Shown piece after piece: positions 63,075 to 64,000 of a DNA stretch of 64,000 nt. A model generated the notes under the pieces. It searched no databases. It was not told the DNA's origin and worked only from the letters and a program-made list of their open reading frames with translations. The DNA is taken from NCBI GenBank assembly GCA_963844715.1, contig CAWJPJ010000006.1:1088001-1152000 (forward strand), written 5' to 3'. This DNA is from an uncultured Phycisphaerales bacterium (lineage in GTDB: Bacteria > Planctomycetota > Phycisphaerae > Tepidisphaerales > Tepidisphaeraceae). The stretch's first letter is position 1. Each line of letters opens with the position of its first letter. The position numbers and the translations under genes were made by a program.

Positions 63075-63946
63075 ATGTTTCATCGTCCATCAAAGCTGGG
63101 CTGGATGAGATTCGCCGCCTTCTCGATGGCCTGCCTGGCCGCCGCGGCCGTCGTAAAAGCCGACGATTGGCAACCCTGGTCCGGCGCCGGAGCGCCGGTA
63201 GCGGGATCCTCAACGCCCGATAACCGAGGCACCTCGCAGCCCCTCGTTTACGATGTCGCTCCGGCTTTTGCCCGAGCCGCGACTGCCCAGGCCCAGTTCG
63301 ACCTTGCCTGGACGAACATGACCGCCGCCCAGATTCGCGCTCGCGCTCAGTTTGAGCATTCGCCCGAATACGTCGCCGCCCAGCGCGAATTGGCTGATGC
63401 GCAATCCGCGTACGACGGCGCCTGCGAGGCCGTCATCGCGGACCTCCTCAAAGACCCGGCGTATCACAAGCTCATCGAAAAGCGCACGCAGGTTCAAATC
63501 GCTTTGGATCAGCACCCGGCTGACAGCGCCGACGTGCAGGCCATCGCGCATTTGAAAATGGAATACAGCGCCGCCGCCAGCCGCATGGAAGCGGATGCGC
63601 TGGCCGGCGATTCACAAGTTCAAAACGCGAAAACCCGGCTCCTTGCCGGTCAGCAAGTCGTCGATAGCATGATCCAGCGATTCGAGGACGCCTTCGCCAA
63701 CCAGCCGGCCGTGGCATTCGCTTGGAGGAATTATCAGAACGCGATCGTCAACCAGGCCGGGCGCAAGGATATCTCCAGGGCGCACTGATCACGCGCGACG
63801 ACGTGAATAACGTGAACTATCTGCGTTACTCCCCCGCGCCTAACAACGTTTACTGCGGCGCGCCGTACTACCCGACCTGGTCGTATGGGTGCGGAATCAA
63901 TCCTTACTTTTTTGGGTACTATGGGATTGTGGTGAGACGATTCTAA
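63075..63946 (+). CDS. Secreted coiled-coil hypothetical protein with Tyr/Gly-rich tail (frameshift near 63762)
   Basis: GGAGG RBS; signal peptide ending VVKA-DD; Ala/Gln-rich helices; joins ORF 63722..63946. Confidence 0.75.
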
Positions 63947-64000
63947 GGCGATCCATGGCTTTGGTCTCCGGGGATTATAGCTAAATTAGCGAGTTTATCG

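Noticed and set aside
1..64000. Widespread frameshifts read as pseudogenisation (e.g. a decaying flagellar cluster) or programmed frameshifting
   Set aside because: Indels also hit essential secA at similar density, motifs are intact on both sides, and there are almost no in-frame nonsense codons; this fits uncorrected long-read error.

Overview
GC-rich chromosomal segment, most likely from a planctomycete (Phycisphaerae-like). This assignment is inferred from the PEP-CTERM proteins, an LEPR-XLL-type N-terminal motif and the oversized SecA. Single-base indels break many genes, including essential secA, which points to long-read consensus error rather than decay; frameshifted genes are therefore reported as joined spans. 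From left to right: partial polX; two paralogous PEP-CTERM proteins; two paralogous receiver-like proteins lacking the phosphoacceptor Asp, each with a duplicated sigma-54-type promoter; an imuA-imuB-dnaE2 cassette carrying palindromic insertions; queD; a ~1,900-aa beta-propeller/Ig-repeat secreted protein; a GT2 glycosyltransferase; tRNA-Ser(TGA); three tandem TPR-GT41 (SPINDLY/OGT-like) genes; a ~28 kb minus-strand flagellar cluster (TPR protein, FlgN-like, histidine kinase, sigma-54 activator, flgBC-fliEFGHIJ-MotE-like-fliK-flgDE-flbD-fliL-fliNOPQR-flhBAFG-fliA, without motA or fliM); an OmpA/MotB lipoprotein; a 1.4 kb repeat-rich gene-poor gap; a membrane-anchored HTH protein; a metallophosphoesterase; rsfS; and secA. 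The most notable candidate is an unannotated signal-peptide-bearing leader ORF just upstream of secA. It ends in FRLPPPLC* and its final codons are complementary to the secA Shine-Dalgarno, which is the layout of a SecM/MifM-like translation-arrest secretion monitor.
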